Below, piece by piece: positions 7,497-17,024 of a DNA stretch of 52,423 bases. Source of the stretch: a virus. Every line of letters begins with the position of its first letter. The first letter of the stretch is position 1. Both the position numbers and the translations under genes were made by a program. The notes under the pieces were generated by a model. It made no database searches. It had not been told where the DNA came from and saw only the letters and a program-made list of their open reading frames with translations. Location: positions 1-52,423 of IMG/VR virus record IMGVR_UViG_3300045988_112931; one strand, given 5' to 3'.

Positions 7497-10400
7497 TTAC
7501 ATTTTTACTTTTACGTTAATAGTACCTTCCAGGGCATCAACCGTGCCTCTAGTGTTTTCCGATATCTTACCGGCAACCTCTTTGATCTCTCTCGTATTCT
7601 CGGCGATCCGATCGGTATTCTTTTCCACTTTATCTGATAGTTCGCGGATGGCCTTCACATCTTCCCAACCTCTGGATTGCATATCATAGATCAGCTTCAT
7701 TTGTTCCCGGATCGGTTGCATACTGCCGCGGATGTCTTCCAACAGGGCACGGACGGCCCCGGTCTGACCGGCCAACAAGTTTATGCTTTCTTGAGAGGCT
7801 TTGGCATATGCGCCTTTCAGGGTATTTTCGGATATATCTTCTTCTTTCTCCGGCTCTTCCACCTTATCTTTCATCAGGCTATCAGCCCAACCGAACTGCC
7901 TGTCAATCTCCTTTTGCAGTTCTTCCGCCATGTTATAGATATAATCCTGTTCCCAGCCGGAAAGGACATTGTCGGCATAGAACTCCTTCAGTTTGTCACG
8001 AATCTTCTTCATCGCACCGGAAGATTCCGTTGCTGCCTTGATGGATTCTGTGACCATCTGCCGCATCATCTTCTTGACGGTATCTTTCGCCGATTCTGCC
8101 CGGTCTTCACCGGAAGCCCATGCTTCGGCTTGTGCGTTAGCGAAGTTGTCAATGGCGGATTTCAAGTCTTCCCCGAAGATGGCATCTTTGGCCTTCTCCT
8201 TGTTGTCCGCTATGGCTTCGTTTATCTCGTCAATTTGGCTTTGCCATTCTTTTATCCTATCCTTATCGGTATTCTTTTTATCCTGTTCTTCACGGATTTG
8301 TTGTTGGATTAAAACTTTCTGTTGTTCCAACAGTTTGTTCTGCTGATCGATCAATCGGGAAGCATCATTCGAATAAGCCTTCTGAATGGATTTATCCAAT
8401 TTTTCGTATGATTTATCCAATGTGTCGATCTGATCCTGCAACCGCTGAATACGTTTTTCGTTCTTCTTGTCATGGATTTTGGCGATGGCACCGGCCAAAG
8501 ATGTAACAACGCCAATGGCAGCACCGGCAGACGCACCGATCGGACCGAACATGGAACCGGCTTTCGCACCGTTCATTGCAGAACTTACAGTGTCCATAGC
8601 CACACTGAAACCTTCAGCTATCCCACCGAATACACCACCAAACGAATCTCCGAGCTTCGAAAACGTGTCAGAGAGGAACTGCCCGGTCTGCATAATTTCA
8701 CTCATGCCCTCTTCTATTTCTGCCAAACCTTCTTTTAACTTCCTGGCATCACTTTCAGAGGTAAAGACTTTTTTTAGGCCATTTGAAACTTTATTAAAAG
8801 AGGTTTCCATTTGGTCGGCTTCACGGCGGACATTGGCTATTTCATCCTTGATGGCCTTCAACTGATCCGGTGATTTGCGAAGCACATCAAACTGTTCTTT
8901 GGTAATACCGAATGAATTATCAGATGAATATTCCCCTCTTTCAAGAAAAGACAAGAATTTTTCCGCTTCATCCGCAATGGCACGAATAGAGGTGATATTC
9001 TTTTTACTCATATCATCAAACAGCCGGGTGATAATGGAGGTACTCTTTTGGGCTTCATTATCCACGTCCGCCAGATCTTTCTTCATACCTTCTGCAAGGG
9101 AAAGCCGTTCACCTTCCGTTGTGGCCTTTGCTATCTTCTCATTATAAAGCTCCGTGATAGCCTGACGCTTTTCCAAATATGAACCATATTCTTTCAAGTA
9201 TTCGTTCATGGCGCGTTTCTCTTCCTCCAGTTGTTCCTTATTCACATTGGAGGTCGATTGCTCTCGTTTAACGTATGAATTGACCAAAGCGGTATGAATC
9301 TCGACCGTCTGTTCTTTGCTCAGTTTGCCGCCTTGCGCGTCTTTCCACTCTTTCTCTTTGGCGAGTATGGCTGCAATCTCATTGTCATAATCGAGGTTTA
9401 TCTGGGCGATCTTCTTGTCGGAACCTTCTTTCATCAGGTCTATTTCGGATTGCTGGTTTTGACGACGGAGGGATAAAAGTTCGTTATGAATCGTTTTTTG
9501 CTGTTTGAGTTGCTTATCCGCCTCTTTCTTTTCTTGTTTTTCGCGCTTGGTCGAATCAGAATATTTGTCTATTTGCGTTTGCGCCTCTTGTATCTGTTTT
9601 GTATACTTGCTCCAATCTTCAGAGTTCTTTTTTGATACATCCAAGGCATTACGAGCAGCTTCTGCATCCTGTTTCTGCTTCTCCCAATAGGATTTATTCT
9701 GTACAACAGAGATACTATTCCTCGTTAATGAATTGATCTTTCCTGTTGTCTCATCTATCTGCTTATTCAAAGCATCAAGCCTGATACTACTAATGATATC
9801 AGGAACACCCACCCACACAGAAGCTATATCCTCTGATTCCGTCAAAGTTTTATCAAGTTCATCCCTTTCCTCGATAAGTTTTCTTTTCACATCCTCATAA
9901 TGCTTAACCTTCTCTTCAACAGGAGTGTTAGCCTCCCATTGGGCTTCTTTTATTTTATCTATTTCTTCCTTATGGAGTTTTGCAAGATTATTAGCAGTAT
10001 CAAGTTGCTTATTAAGTCGTTCTACATCATGAATCCATGAATTACCAGATTTATTGTACGGAGAAGATTCTGTCTCTTGTATTTTCTTTTTAAGGTCCTC
10101 TATTCTTTTCAGATCAGCCTCATAAGCCTTAACCGCATTGTCTATTTCTCTCTTCTCATTGACAGATGATAACATCTTATTTTGCTGATCCTGAGGCAAA
10201 TTCTTAAACTCTTCGAGACTCACATTTCCAAGTTCGGGAAACAGTTTTATCAGCTCTTTGTATGCCTTAACCTGCGAATAAACAGATTCAGTCTCACTAT
10301 TTATTTTTGAAATCAGACTGTCTGTTTTAGAGGTAAGTTCCTGTTTCCTGTGCGCGGCTTCTTCTTGTTCTTTATTAAGTTGCTTTTGGGCTTTCTCGAC

Positions 10401-11906
10401 AGCGGTTGTACTATCATGAAGAACCCACATAGTAGCGGTAAAACTGGCTACGATGGTGGCAAGTAAAACATAAGGATTAGCTTTCATTGCCGCATTTAAA
10501 GCCAATTGAGCGACAGTCTGCGCTTTTGTCATAATTGTTTGGATTCCTTTTGCGGCCGCATCTACCCTTGCGGCAACAGCCCAACTACGAGTTAATGTAA
10601 TACTGGCTATCAAAGCAGTCCGATAAACTCCATAAGTAGCAGCCAACCCAGCCAATACCTTACCTATCGTTTCATAGTTTTCTATCAACGAAGTGGTTGT
10701 TTGGATACCCTTAATTATGACACCCTCCGATTTCTGCCCCAATTCATTGAATACTGAATCCATCGCATCTTGCATCATGGATAGCTGACCGTTGATAGTT
10801 TTTGAAGCGTTCTCGGACATATTATAAAATTTACCACTTGCCGAAGTAGCATCTATAAACGCCTGTTGTACCATTTCTGCGGAAATAGCCCCCTTAGACA
10901 TCTCATCTTTGAGCGCAGCAATAGATTTTCCGGTCTTATCTGCCATGATTTGCAACGGATTGAATCCGGCATTAATCATCTGATTAAGATCTTGCCCCAT
11001 CAACTTTCCTGCTGCCGACATTTGAGAGAAAGCCAACGTAAGCGAGTTAAACCTTTGGGTATCTCCCATAGAGACATCGCCAATAGCCTGTAAATAACGT
11101 GGTACTTTCTCGACCTCGATATTAAAGCCTAACATCATCTGCGTAGCTTGGGTTACATCAGAAAACTCAAGAGGAGAAATCTTTGCATATTCACGGACTT
11201 GTGACATAAGTTCATCCGCCTTTTCTTTGCTTCCAAGCAAAGTTTGAATAGCGGTGTCTACTGCTTGAAACTCGCCACGAACACGAACCATGTTTGACAG
11301 AAACTCCTTAATGGAGTATCCTCCCAATAATTTTTTGCCGACATTAGACATCGCTTGTTCTATCTGCTTTGTCACACCGACATTCTCTATACCCTCCTGT
11401 CGATATAAAGTATACTCGTCACGTAGTTTTTTTACCGATAGTCGTGCATTAGCCTGTTCTTGCGTTAATCCAAATAAAGCAGCTTTCTCTCCATCCAAGG
11501 CCTTGCGTGCAGCGTTGTATTCTTCCAATTTCTCATTAGCGGACAATGGATTTCTTTTCAATGCAATACGATAGGCCTCTCCAAGTCGTTTTACATCAGT
11601 CTCTACATCTTTAATAACAGCTTTTTGAGTGATAATTTTTTCTGATAATCCGTTTACAACTTGCGAAGCATCGAATATTTTCTTTTTAAAACCTTGGTTT
11701 ATTTCATTGCCTGCACGTACTGCGGAAGTGACAAGAGAATCCAATTCTTTCGTATTTTTAGCAAGTTGAACTTCCATTGCCCGGAAAGTAGCCGGAGAAG
11801 TATTACTATCCATCCCGGCAATAGTAGATTTTAACTTATCTATCTCTTCCCGTAACTTAATGACTTTTTGATAGTCAGCTTCTATGTGAAACGCTAATTT
11901 AGGCAT
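7497..11906 (-). CDS. Tail tape measure protein
   Basis: 1469-aa ORF, highly coiled-coil (E/K/Q rich) with a central hydrophobic segment. It lies immediately after the G/GT chaperone pair. Confidence 0.9.
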   Translation of the reverse strand: MPKLAFHIEADYQKVIKLREEIDKLKSTIAGMDSNTSPATFRAMEVQLAKNTKELDSLVTSAVRAGNEINQGFKKKIFDASQVVNGLSEKIITQKAVIKDVETDVKRLGEAYRIALKRNPLSANEKLEEYNAARKALDGEKAALFGLTQEQANARLSVKKLRDEYTLYRQEGIENVGVTKQIEQAMSNVGKKLLGGYSIKEFLSNMVRVRGEFQAVDTAIQTLLGSKEKADELMSQVREYAKISPLEFSDVTQATQMMLGFNIEVEKVPRYLQAIGDVSMGDTQRFNSLTLAFSQMSAAGKLMGQDLNQMINAGFNPLQIMADKTGKSIAALKDEMSKGAISAEMVQQAFIDATSASGKFYNMSENASKTINGQLSMMQDAMDSVFNELGQKSEGVIIKGIQTTTSLIENYETIGKVLAGLAATYGVYRTALIASITLTRSWAVAARVDAAAKGIQTIMTKAQTVAQLALNAAMKANPYVLLATIVASFTATMWVLHDSTTAVEKAQKQLNKEQEEAAHRKQELTSKTDSLISKINSETESVYSQVKAYKELIKLFPELGNVSLEEFKNLPQDQQNKMLSSVNEKREIDNAVKAYEADLKRIEDLKKKIQETESSPYNKSGNSWIHDVERLNKQLDTANNLAKLHKEEIDKIKEAQWEANTPVEEKVKHYEDVKRKLIEERDELDKTLTESEDIASVWVGVPDIISSIRLDALNKQIDETTGKINSLTRNSISVVQNKSYWEKQKQDAEAARNALDVSKKNSEDWSKYTKQIQEAQTQIDKYSDSTKREKQEKKEADKQLKQQKTIHNELLSLRRQNQQSEIDLMKEGSDKKIAQINLDYDNEIAAILAKEKEWKDAQGGKLSKEQTVEIHTALVNSYVKREQSTSNVNKEQLEEEKRAMNEYLKEYGSYLEKRQAITELYNEKIAKATTEGERLSLAEGMKKDLADVDNEAQKSTSIITRLFDDMSKKNITSIRAIADEAEKFLSFLERGEYSSDNSFGITKEQFDVLRKSPDQLKAIKDEIANVRREADQMETSFNKVSNGLKKVFTSESDARKLKEGLAEIEEGMSEIMQTGQFLSDTFSKLGDSFGGVFGGIAEGFSVAMDTVSSAMNGAKAGSMFGPIGASAGAAIGVVTSLAGAIAKIHDKKNEKRIQRLQDQIDTLDKSYEKLDKSIQKAYSNDASRLIDQQNKLLEQQKVLIQQQIREEQDKKNTDKDRIKEWQSQIDEINEAIADNKEKAKDAIFGEDLKSAIDNFANAQAEAWASGEDRAESAKDTVKKMMRQMVTESIKAATESSGAMKKIRDKLKEFYADNVLSGWEQDYIYNMAEELQKEIDRQFGWADSLMKDKVEEPEKEEDISENTLKGAYAKASQESINLLAGQTGAVRALLEDIRGSMQPIREQMKLIYDMQSRGWEDVKAIRELSDKVEKNTDRIAENTREIKEVAGKISENTRGTVDALEGTINVKVKM

Positions 11907-11972
11907 ACATCAATGTTTTGGATAAAAGTACATCAGACCAATAAAGTAGTAGAATTTTATGGGAATAGATAC

Positions 11973-11994
11973 ATGACAATGAAAAGATTGTCGT
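11973..11994. promoter_or_regulatory. Palindrome ATGACAAT-N6-ATTGTCGT (copy 1 of 3)
   Basis: Read directly. It lies in the gap between the GT stop (12005) and the tape measure start (11906). Confidence 0.6.
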
Positions 11995-12004
11995 GAATAT
12001 AGAA

Positions 12005-12624
12005 TCATGCTCCTCTTTTTTGTCTCATAAGATCCTTTCCCGACATCTTTTTTACTTCAGTTTTCTCTTTGTCCTCATAGACAGCCCTCGGTTTATCAGC
12101 ACTCATCAAGAGCAAAAGAAGATAAGGAAGATCCTCATACACCTCCCTGTAAGAAAGGTTCAAATTTTCCATGAATAAGGTAATACTTCCTACGATGGTA
12201 TTGCCTCCTACTACTTGGGTTTTACTATCAGATTTGCCAGCTCCATCGCTAACTGGCAGACTACGAAAAAATCACGTCCGGTTATTAACTCAAAAGCGAC
12301 AAAATACGCTTGCAATAATTCTTCTTTAGAACCTGAAAGCATCTGCCGTTCGAGGCTTTCAGCTCTTTTTTGATAATTCGGGACATCACCAACCACCAAG
12401 AATGAAAGTCCCTTGACGATATTCTCCAAATTGGCAGGAGCAACCTTCATTAATTCCCGCACAGTGCCATTTTCCGGTAAATCGACCTTACTTAAATATT
12501 GGGTAGCCCTCATTATCACTTTGATAGAAGGAGCTTTGATTACATATACTGTTCCCCCTACAACAATAGCTTTTCCATAAGTACCGGAAAGTAACTCTGA
12601 TATGTTTTTTGAAACCTCACTCAT
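12005..12624 (-). CDS. Tail assembly chaperone GT, the -1 programmed frameshift product
   Basis: From the heptamer T TTT TTC the -1 frame stays open for about 88 codons (FFRSLPVSDGAGKSDSKTQ...MRQKRGA*) to the TGA at 12005-12007. Translated by hand with no stops. Confidence 0.7.
12211..12624 (-). CDS. Tail assembly chaperone G
   Basis: 137-aa ORF between the major tail protein and the tape measure, with a slippery heptamer near its 3' end. Confidence 0.75.
   Translation of the reverse strand: MSEVSKNISELLSGTYGKAIVVGGTVYVIKAPSIKVIMRATQYLSKVDLPENGTVRELMKVAPANLENIVKGLSFLVVGDVPNYQKRAESLERQMLSGSKEELLQAYFVAFELITGRDFFVVCQLAMELANLIVKPK
12265..12271 (-). promoter_or_regulatory. Slippery heptamer T TTT TTC for the -1 frameshift
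   Basis: GAAAAAA on the + strand. It sits in the X XXY YYZ register of the ORF 12211..12624 frame. Confidence 0.65.
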
Positions 12625-12637
12625 AGTTTAAATATTA

Positions 12638-12657
12638 GAGGGTGATTGCTCACCCTC
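12638..12657 (-). terminator. Hairpin GAGGGTGA-ttgc-TCACCCTC just after the major tail gene (attenuator/terminator candidate)
   Basis: 8-bp GC-rich stem with a 4-nt loop, 10 nt after the stop of 12667..13194. The downstream sequence is only moderately T-rich. Confidence 0.45.
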
Positions 12658-12666
12658 GTCATTAAC

Positions 12667-13194
12667 TTATCCACCCAAAGTTGTATCCTCCCCGTCTTCC
12701 CAGCGCTCAATAGGAACGCCGGCTTTGGTTGGTTTCAACGCCGTAAAAACAAGGGCTAAGCCAATTGCTTTTTCATTCGCTTTACCAGAAGCAGAAACAC
12801 CAGCACGAGGAAAAATAATTTTCACACCATCTTCAGTTGTGGCACGGACGGTAAACTCTTTACTCTCTACATGGTCGGCACGCTCCCATGTGCCCGGCTT
12901 ACTCTCTGACCCCGCTGTAAACTTACCACCTTGGAATTTAGCCTTAGTCTCAAGATCATACATACCAATAGAAGCATTGATCTTAACCGCACCCGGCTTT
13001 TTAGAGGAATAATAGGTATTTCCAGCTACATCTTTGTAATCCTTAACCTCCGGATCTTCATCCTCATAAGTGAAGGTGTCCTCATGAACTACCGGGACTT
13101 CTTCAAAAACAGAACCTTCGGTACCACCAGCCCCGATCGGCGCAACCTCCAGCTTCTGAAGGTTTACCACCACAATTTTTTTATTCTCTGCCAT
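12667..13194 (-). CDS. Major tail protein
   Basis: 175-aa ORF directly upstream of the chaperone pair. Called from position and size only. Confidence 0.6.
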   Translation of the reverse strand: MAENKKIVVVNLQKLEVAPIGAGGTEGSVFEEVPVVHEDTFTYEDEDPEVKDYKDVAGNTYYSSKKPGAVKINASIGMYDLETKAKFQGGKFTAGSESKPGTWERADHVESKEFTVRATTEDGVKIIFPRAGVSASGKANEKAIGLALVFTALKPTKAGVPIERWEDGEDTTLGG

Positions 13195-13196
13195 AA

Positions 13197-13601
13197 CTAT
13201 TTTACATTTAAAACTTCAAACAAAACACTAACATTCACATAATGACACTTTAAAGCAGTGTCCGCTTCCGTTCCTATATTATAGATAGAATAGCGATAAA
13301 AAGAACCATTATAGGAACCTGTACTCCTTAATATCTTCATAGCTTGTCTTTCAAGCTCATTCAGTCGGATAGAGTTGGCTTCATTCTCGCTTAAATTGGG
13401 TACACATAGATTCACTTCTGCGAAAGACTTCTTCCAATACTTTCCCGGCTGTTGTTTCTTCGTGTGGATAACGATTCTTTCAGAGGTCAATTCACCCGTC
13501 AGCGTTTCCCCGTTGGGTACTATGTCTATTCCGAAAGCCTTGCAATCCCGATAGAGAATGTTTCCTATGTCGGTAGTTACTATCATTCCACAATCTCCCA
13601 A
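13197..13601 (-). CDS. Tail completion / tail terminator-like protein
   Basis: 134-aa ORF directly upstream of the major tail gene. Called from position only. Confidence 0.4.
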   Translation of the reverse strand: MGDCGMIVTTDIGNILYRDCKAFGIDIVPNGETLTGELTSERIVIHTKKQQPGKYWKKSFAEVNLCVPNLSENEANSIRLNELERQAMKILRSTGSYNGSFYRYSIYNIGTEADTALKCHYVNVSVLFEVLNVK

Positions 13602-14173
13602 TCTTCTGCAAATACATCACTGATAGACGGAACCCATGAATCAGCGCGTCCAGTATTCTCATTGTAGATAAGACACTGGCTTGTATAGTCAATGAATCCT
13701 TTGCCTTTCAGAATAAGGTCTTTTGCTGATTGCGGAAGAGATTGCATCTTAGGGATAATGTCGCTATCAATATGAGCTGGCACTTGTTTGAATACCATCA
13801 AACCTTTACCGTTCCAACCACTTCTACGAACAGCCCCACCTTGTTTTAACACTTCGATAGCATCACCGAAGCCCATTACGGATGAATCATCGGCTTTATC
13901 GTATGTTTTCTCAAAAATGTCCGGCTTGCAAGGATAAAACTCCCCGTTTACTCCCTTGATGATGTAATCTCCATAATTTGCAAGCATTTTGCCTTCAAGC
14001 GTTTCGATGTACACACCAAGATAAGGCTCATTGGTGTTGCCATTCTCGTCTATACCGAAGTCGGGATTGTGTTTCGGTACGGGAGTTCCGCCCATAAAAT
14101 CACATACAACATCGAAGTTGTCTGTTGTCAACCGAATGGCTTCAATTACTACTGGTTTCTTTCTGTATTTCAT
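13583..14173 (-). CDS. Two-domain protein: small N-terminal phage domain (KKPVVIEA...GDYIIKG..YPCKPDIFEKTY) fused to a DUF2829 (Tad2-like) domain
   Basis: The C-terminal half (FGDAIEVLKQGGAVRRSGWNGKG ... SWVPSISDVFAEDWEIV) matches the DUF2829 signature as I remember it. Confidence 0.6.
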   Translation of the reverse strand: MKYRKKPVVIEAIRLTTDNFDVVCDFMGGTPVPKHNPDFGIDENGNTNEPYLGVYIETLEGKMLANYGDYIIKGVNGEFYPCKPDIFEKTYDKADDSSVMGFGDAIEVLKQGGAVRRSGWNGKGLMVFKQVPAHIDSDIIPKMQSLPQSAKDLILKGKGFIDYTSQCLIYNENTGRADSWVPSISDVFAEDWEIVE

Positions 14174-14469
14174 TTTTCAAATTCTTCTTTTAACCGTTTC
14201 TCCGCATGAAGAGCGGCACCACTTAAAACATCATACCCTTTAGATTCTACGAATGATGCGTATTCCGCTTCGTTTTTCAATGTCAAACCGTCTTTATCGA
14301 CATCGTAATCATTGGACGTTCTCAAAGTGAGTGTATGGTCCTGATAATCGCCATGTTCCTCTGCGTACTTCACAGCTTCATCACCTACATCAATCATCTT
14401 CTTTTCGACCTCCCATTCTCCTTCATCGAAAAAGGAGTCGACATCTGAGAAATCGAAATCTACATCCAT
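14170..14469 (-). CDS. Head-tail joining protein (HK97 gp10-like?)
   Basis: 99-aa acidic ORF in the connector gene block, with overlapping start and stop codons. Weak resemblance (HTLTLRTSN). Confidence 0.4.
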   Translation of the reverse strand: MDVDFDFSDVDSFFDEGEWEVEKKMIDVGDEAVKYAEEHGDYQDHTLTLRTSNDYDVDKDGLTLKNEAEYASFVESKGYDVLSGAALHAEKRLKEEFEK

Positions 14470-14783
14470 AATTCCGAGTAGTTAAAATAGTTTGTACTCT
14501 TTACCGTGTAGACTTCGCCTTGACCTCTTACGCCATCACCATCCATGCAACGTACTTCATCACCAGCCTTGACAGTAATTCTCTTCTCACACACCACATG
14601 ATAATTCGGGCGATACACAAAGCCGTTATCAGATGAAAACTCTTTGGTTGTGTTATCATCACAACGGCACTTACATACATCCTGCCAGTATTCACCACCT
14701 GTTCCGGGAATAGGTCTGCCAAACTCATCCTTATCCATCGGGGTGATAACTTTTACCTGCAATATGTGTGGAGCGAATATCAT
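14460..14783 (-). CDS. Head closure / head-tail adaptor protein
   Basis: 107-aa ORF in the connector block. Called from position only. Confidence 0.4.
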   Translation of the reverse strand: MIFAPHILQVKVITPMDKDEFGRPIPGTGGEYWQDVCKCRCDDNTTKEFSSDNGFVYRPNYHVVCEKRITVKAGDEVRCMDGDGVRGQGEVYTVKSTNYFNYSELWM

Positions 14784-15106
14784 AAGAAAGTCACTTTAGG
14801 TTTGTTACCCAGTTCGTCTTTCAAACCGTACTGTTTACACAGCCATGAGTACAATTTCATTAGGCTATCAACATGATTAGACCAAGACACAGAAAATCCG
14901 CTTTCGCTGACCGAAGATGGATTTTGTATCATCCACGGAATTTGCTTGGCACAAGCGACCTCTAATCTTGCCCTATTTTCCTCGGCAAAAGGTTCTTCGC
15001 CATCCAATCCCGTTCTTGAAAGTATATTTTCAACTACAAGATTAGACGGGGGATTCTTATCAAATACGCTTAATACAAACTCCTTGTTACTCATGACTGT
15101 TATCAA
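14780..15106 (-). CDS. Head-tail connector protein
   Basis: 108-aa ORF in the connector block. Called from position only. Confidence 0.4.
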   Translation of the reverse strand: MITVMSNKEFVLSVFDKNPPSNLVVENILSRTGLDGEEPFAEENRARLEVACAKQIPWMIQNPSSVSESGFSVSWSNHVDSLMKLYSWLCKQYGLKDELGNKPKVTFL

Positions 15107-15472
15107 TCAATATGGTGTAATCAGCTTACTATATGCGGTATAGCTATAATGCGTGCAATACTTTGATTTATAGATATATCTGAACGGACATTTGGGAACA
15201 TTAATTCGTATCCCTTGAATAGCCGCTTCCTCTTTTATCGAACACATCATAGCCGAGTTATTTGCAACCAAGAATATAGTCTGTGTCATGGTCAGTACAA
15301 CACAATCAGCCGGAGCCGTTTCCAAAGTGATAGACTGAATATCCGGCAAACCGGCATTAACCGATGGATTCACATATTCACACTTGGGAGATTCCACACT
15401 TGATGCCTGCACGCTCAACGAAACCAAAGACATCATCAAAAAACCACACATGGCAAAAATAAAATTCTTCAT
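15107..15472 (-). CDS. Secreted Cys-rich protein (moron candidate)
   Basis: The N-terminus MKNFIFAMCGFLMMSLVSLSVQASS looks like a signal peptide. The mature part has 6 Cys. A hairpin lies upstream at 15505-15523. Confidence 0.55.
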   Translation of the reverse strand: MKNFIFAMCGFLMMSLVSLSVQASSVESPKCEYVNPSVNAGLPDIQSITLETAPADCVVLTMTQTIFLVANNSAMMCSIKEEAAIQGIRINVPKCPFRYIYKSKYCTHYSYTAYSKLITPY

Positions 15473-15529
15473 TTCTTTTCTGATTTATAAAATTAGACAA
15501 TGGAAGGGTAGAAGCACTACCCTATCCTT

Positions 15530-15880
15530 TTACTCGATACCTAATGCTTCTTTCAGTTTGGCTGTTGATTCTTCATCCAGTTCTGAAACCTTAGACAAAA
15601 GAGTTTCCTCTTTCATATTGCCGGAAGCCTGTACGCCGATGGACTTCAAAGCATCAACCAAAGTCTTTTTCTCGAACTCTTTCTCAAAGAGGGAGATTTT
15701 CACCTCCTTCTTTTCTTCAGGTGCTTTCACTTCGGGAAGTTTTGCCTCAATCCGTTCAGCAAGTCTGCGGCTTTCCATATCCAGCACACGAGATTCTTCA
15801 GCAACTTCAATCACTTCACCGGGAGTATAATACTTTCCGGTGAACTTGTCGCGGAAAACTGATATAACCTTTACTTTCAT
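15530..15880 (-). CDS. Hypothetical head-associated protein
   Basis: 116-aa ORF. It is preceded by TAAGGAGGTAGGATATG, identical to the junction before the capsid gene. Confidence 0.5.
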   Translation of the reverse strand: MKVKVISVFRDKFTGKYYTPGEVIEVAEESRVLDMESRRLAERIEAKLPEVKAPEEKKEVKISLFEKEFEKKTLVDALKSIGVQASGNMKEETLLSKVSELDEESTAKLKEALGIE

Positions 15881-15891
15881 ATCCTACCTCC

Positions 15892-17013
15892 TTATGCTGA
15901 TTGGATGGATGCAATTTCGCTCAAATCGAAATTAGTAATCAAATCTGGATTGGAAATCTGCGGAATCCACTCTGCCGTATATTCCATGTAGCGACCGTTT
16001 TTGTCACGATAGTTAGAGATAAGCATCTGCCCCTCTGACGGGATATAAGTACGTCCTTGTACTGGGTCTGTCGCTTCATACGGAGTATGATGACGCATAT
16101 AACCAATGTTGTCAGAAGGTAACAGAGTAATACGATTATCCGCGTAAATCTGCACATTCTTTCCCGTCTGGTCTTTCACGTAGTCCTCCTTGATTTCGAT
16201 GCGAGGCAGACCGATGCCGGTGAACACTTCGGAAGCCAAAGAAGAGGAAACCAATCCCGTACTCAACTTCATCTCATTAGAACCAAGAATCATCTTGTAC
16301 TGCTCACCAAATTCAGATGAACCAAGAATAAGTTTGTTGAAAGATGCACGGGTCATTATCATCTTGGCATAAACACCAAAATCCGGAGCTAAAGAATGAA
16401 GTTTCTCTCTCAAATAAGAGATAAACATATTCTTTCCGTCCACAACCACATCTCCACTTTTCGGCTTGATAAAATTGAACGGAAGGGTAATCTCCAGCAG
16501 TTTATTATTGGTCTGACCGGAAGTGATTGCAGCGTCTTTGTTGTAAACGGTAGCTTCACCAAGCATCAACAGCGCACCGACAATAATGTCCATACGCTTG
16601 TGGGCAGCAAGGGTAATCTGACGGTAGTCGTCTGCCAGGAAGTTTACAATCTCTTCCATTGCAGCCTTTTGGTCGGCTGGCTTAGCTGCATTGAACTTGT
16701 CAATCAAATCCTGCAATTCAGAAAGACGGTCAATAGACATCTGATAAGCATCACCCAAATAGGCAATCTCACCATATCCGGAACCGATGTTCCGACGTTC
16801 ACGGATGGGTTTCTCTCCAAAACGTGAATTGATAGAGCCGGCCATAACTCCGGTTACAGAACCGATATAATCCTTGAACACACGAGTAGTTACTCTGCGG
16901 AAAGTAAGATACTGCTGCCAATAGATTGTGTCCTTGCGTGTCTGGTTCACACGTCTGATGATAGCGGAAACGATGTTCGCATCATCGAATAATGTTTGAA
17001 TCGTTAAAAACAT
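15892..17013 (-). CDS. Major capsid protein
   Basis: 373-aa ORF after the scaffold and decoration-like genes. Strong SD TAAGGAGG. The size and N-terminal region are reminiscent of the lambda gpE-type capsid family. Confidence 0.7.
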   Translation of the reverse strand: MFLTIQTLFDDANIVSAIIRRVNQTRKDTIYWQQYLTFRRVTTRVFKDYIGSVTGVMAGSINSRFGEKPIRERRNIGSGYGEIAYLGDAYQMSIDRLSELQDLIDKFNAAKPADQKAAMEEIVNFLADDYRQITLAAHKRMDIIVGALLMLGEATVYNKDAAITSGQTNNKLLEITLPFNFIKPKSGDVVVDGKNMFISYLREKLHSLAPDFGVYAKMIMTRASFNKLILGSSEFGEQYKMILGSNEMKLSTGLVSSSLASEVFTGIGLPRIEIKEDYVKDQTGKNVQIYADNRITLLPSDNIGYMRHHTPYEATDPVQGRTYIPSEGQMLISNYRDKNGRYMEYTAEWIPQISNPDLITNFDLSEIASIQSA

Positions 17014-17024
17014 ATCCTACCTCC

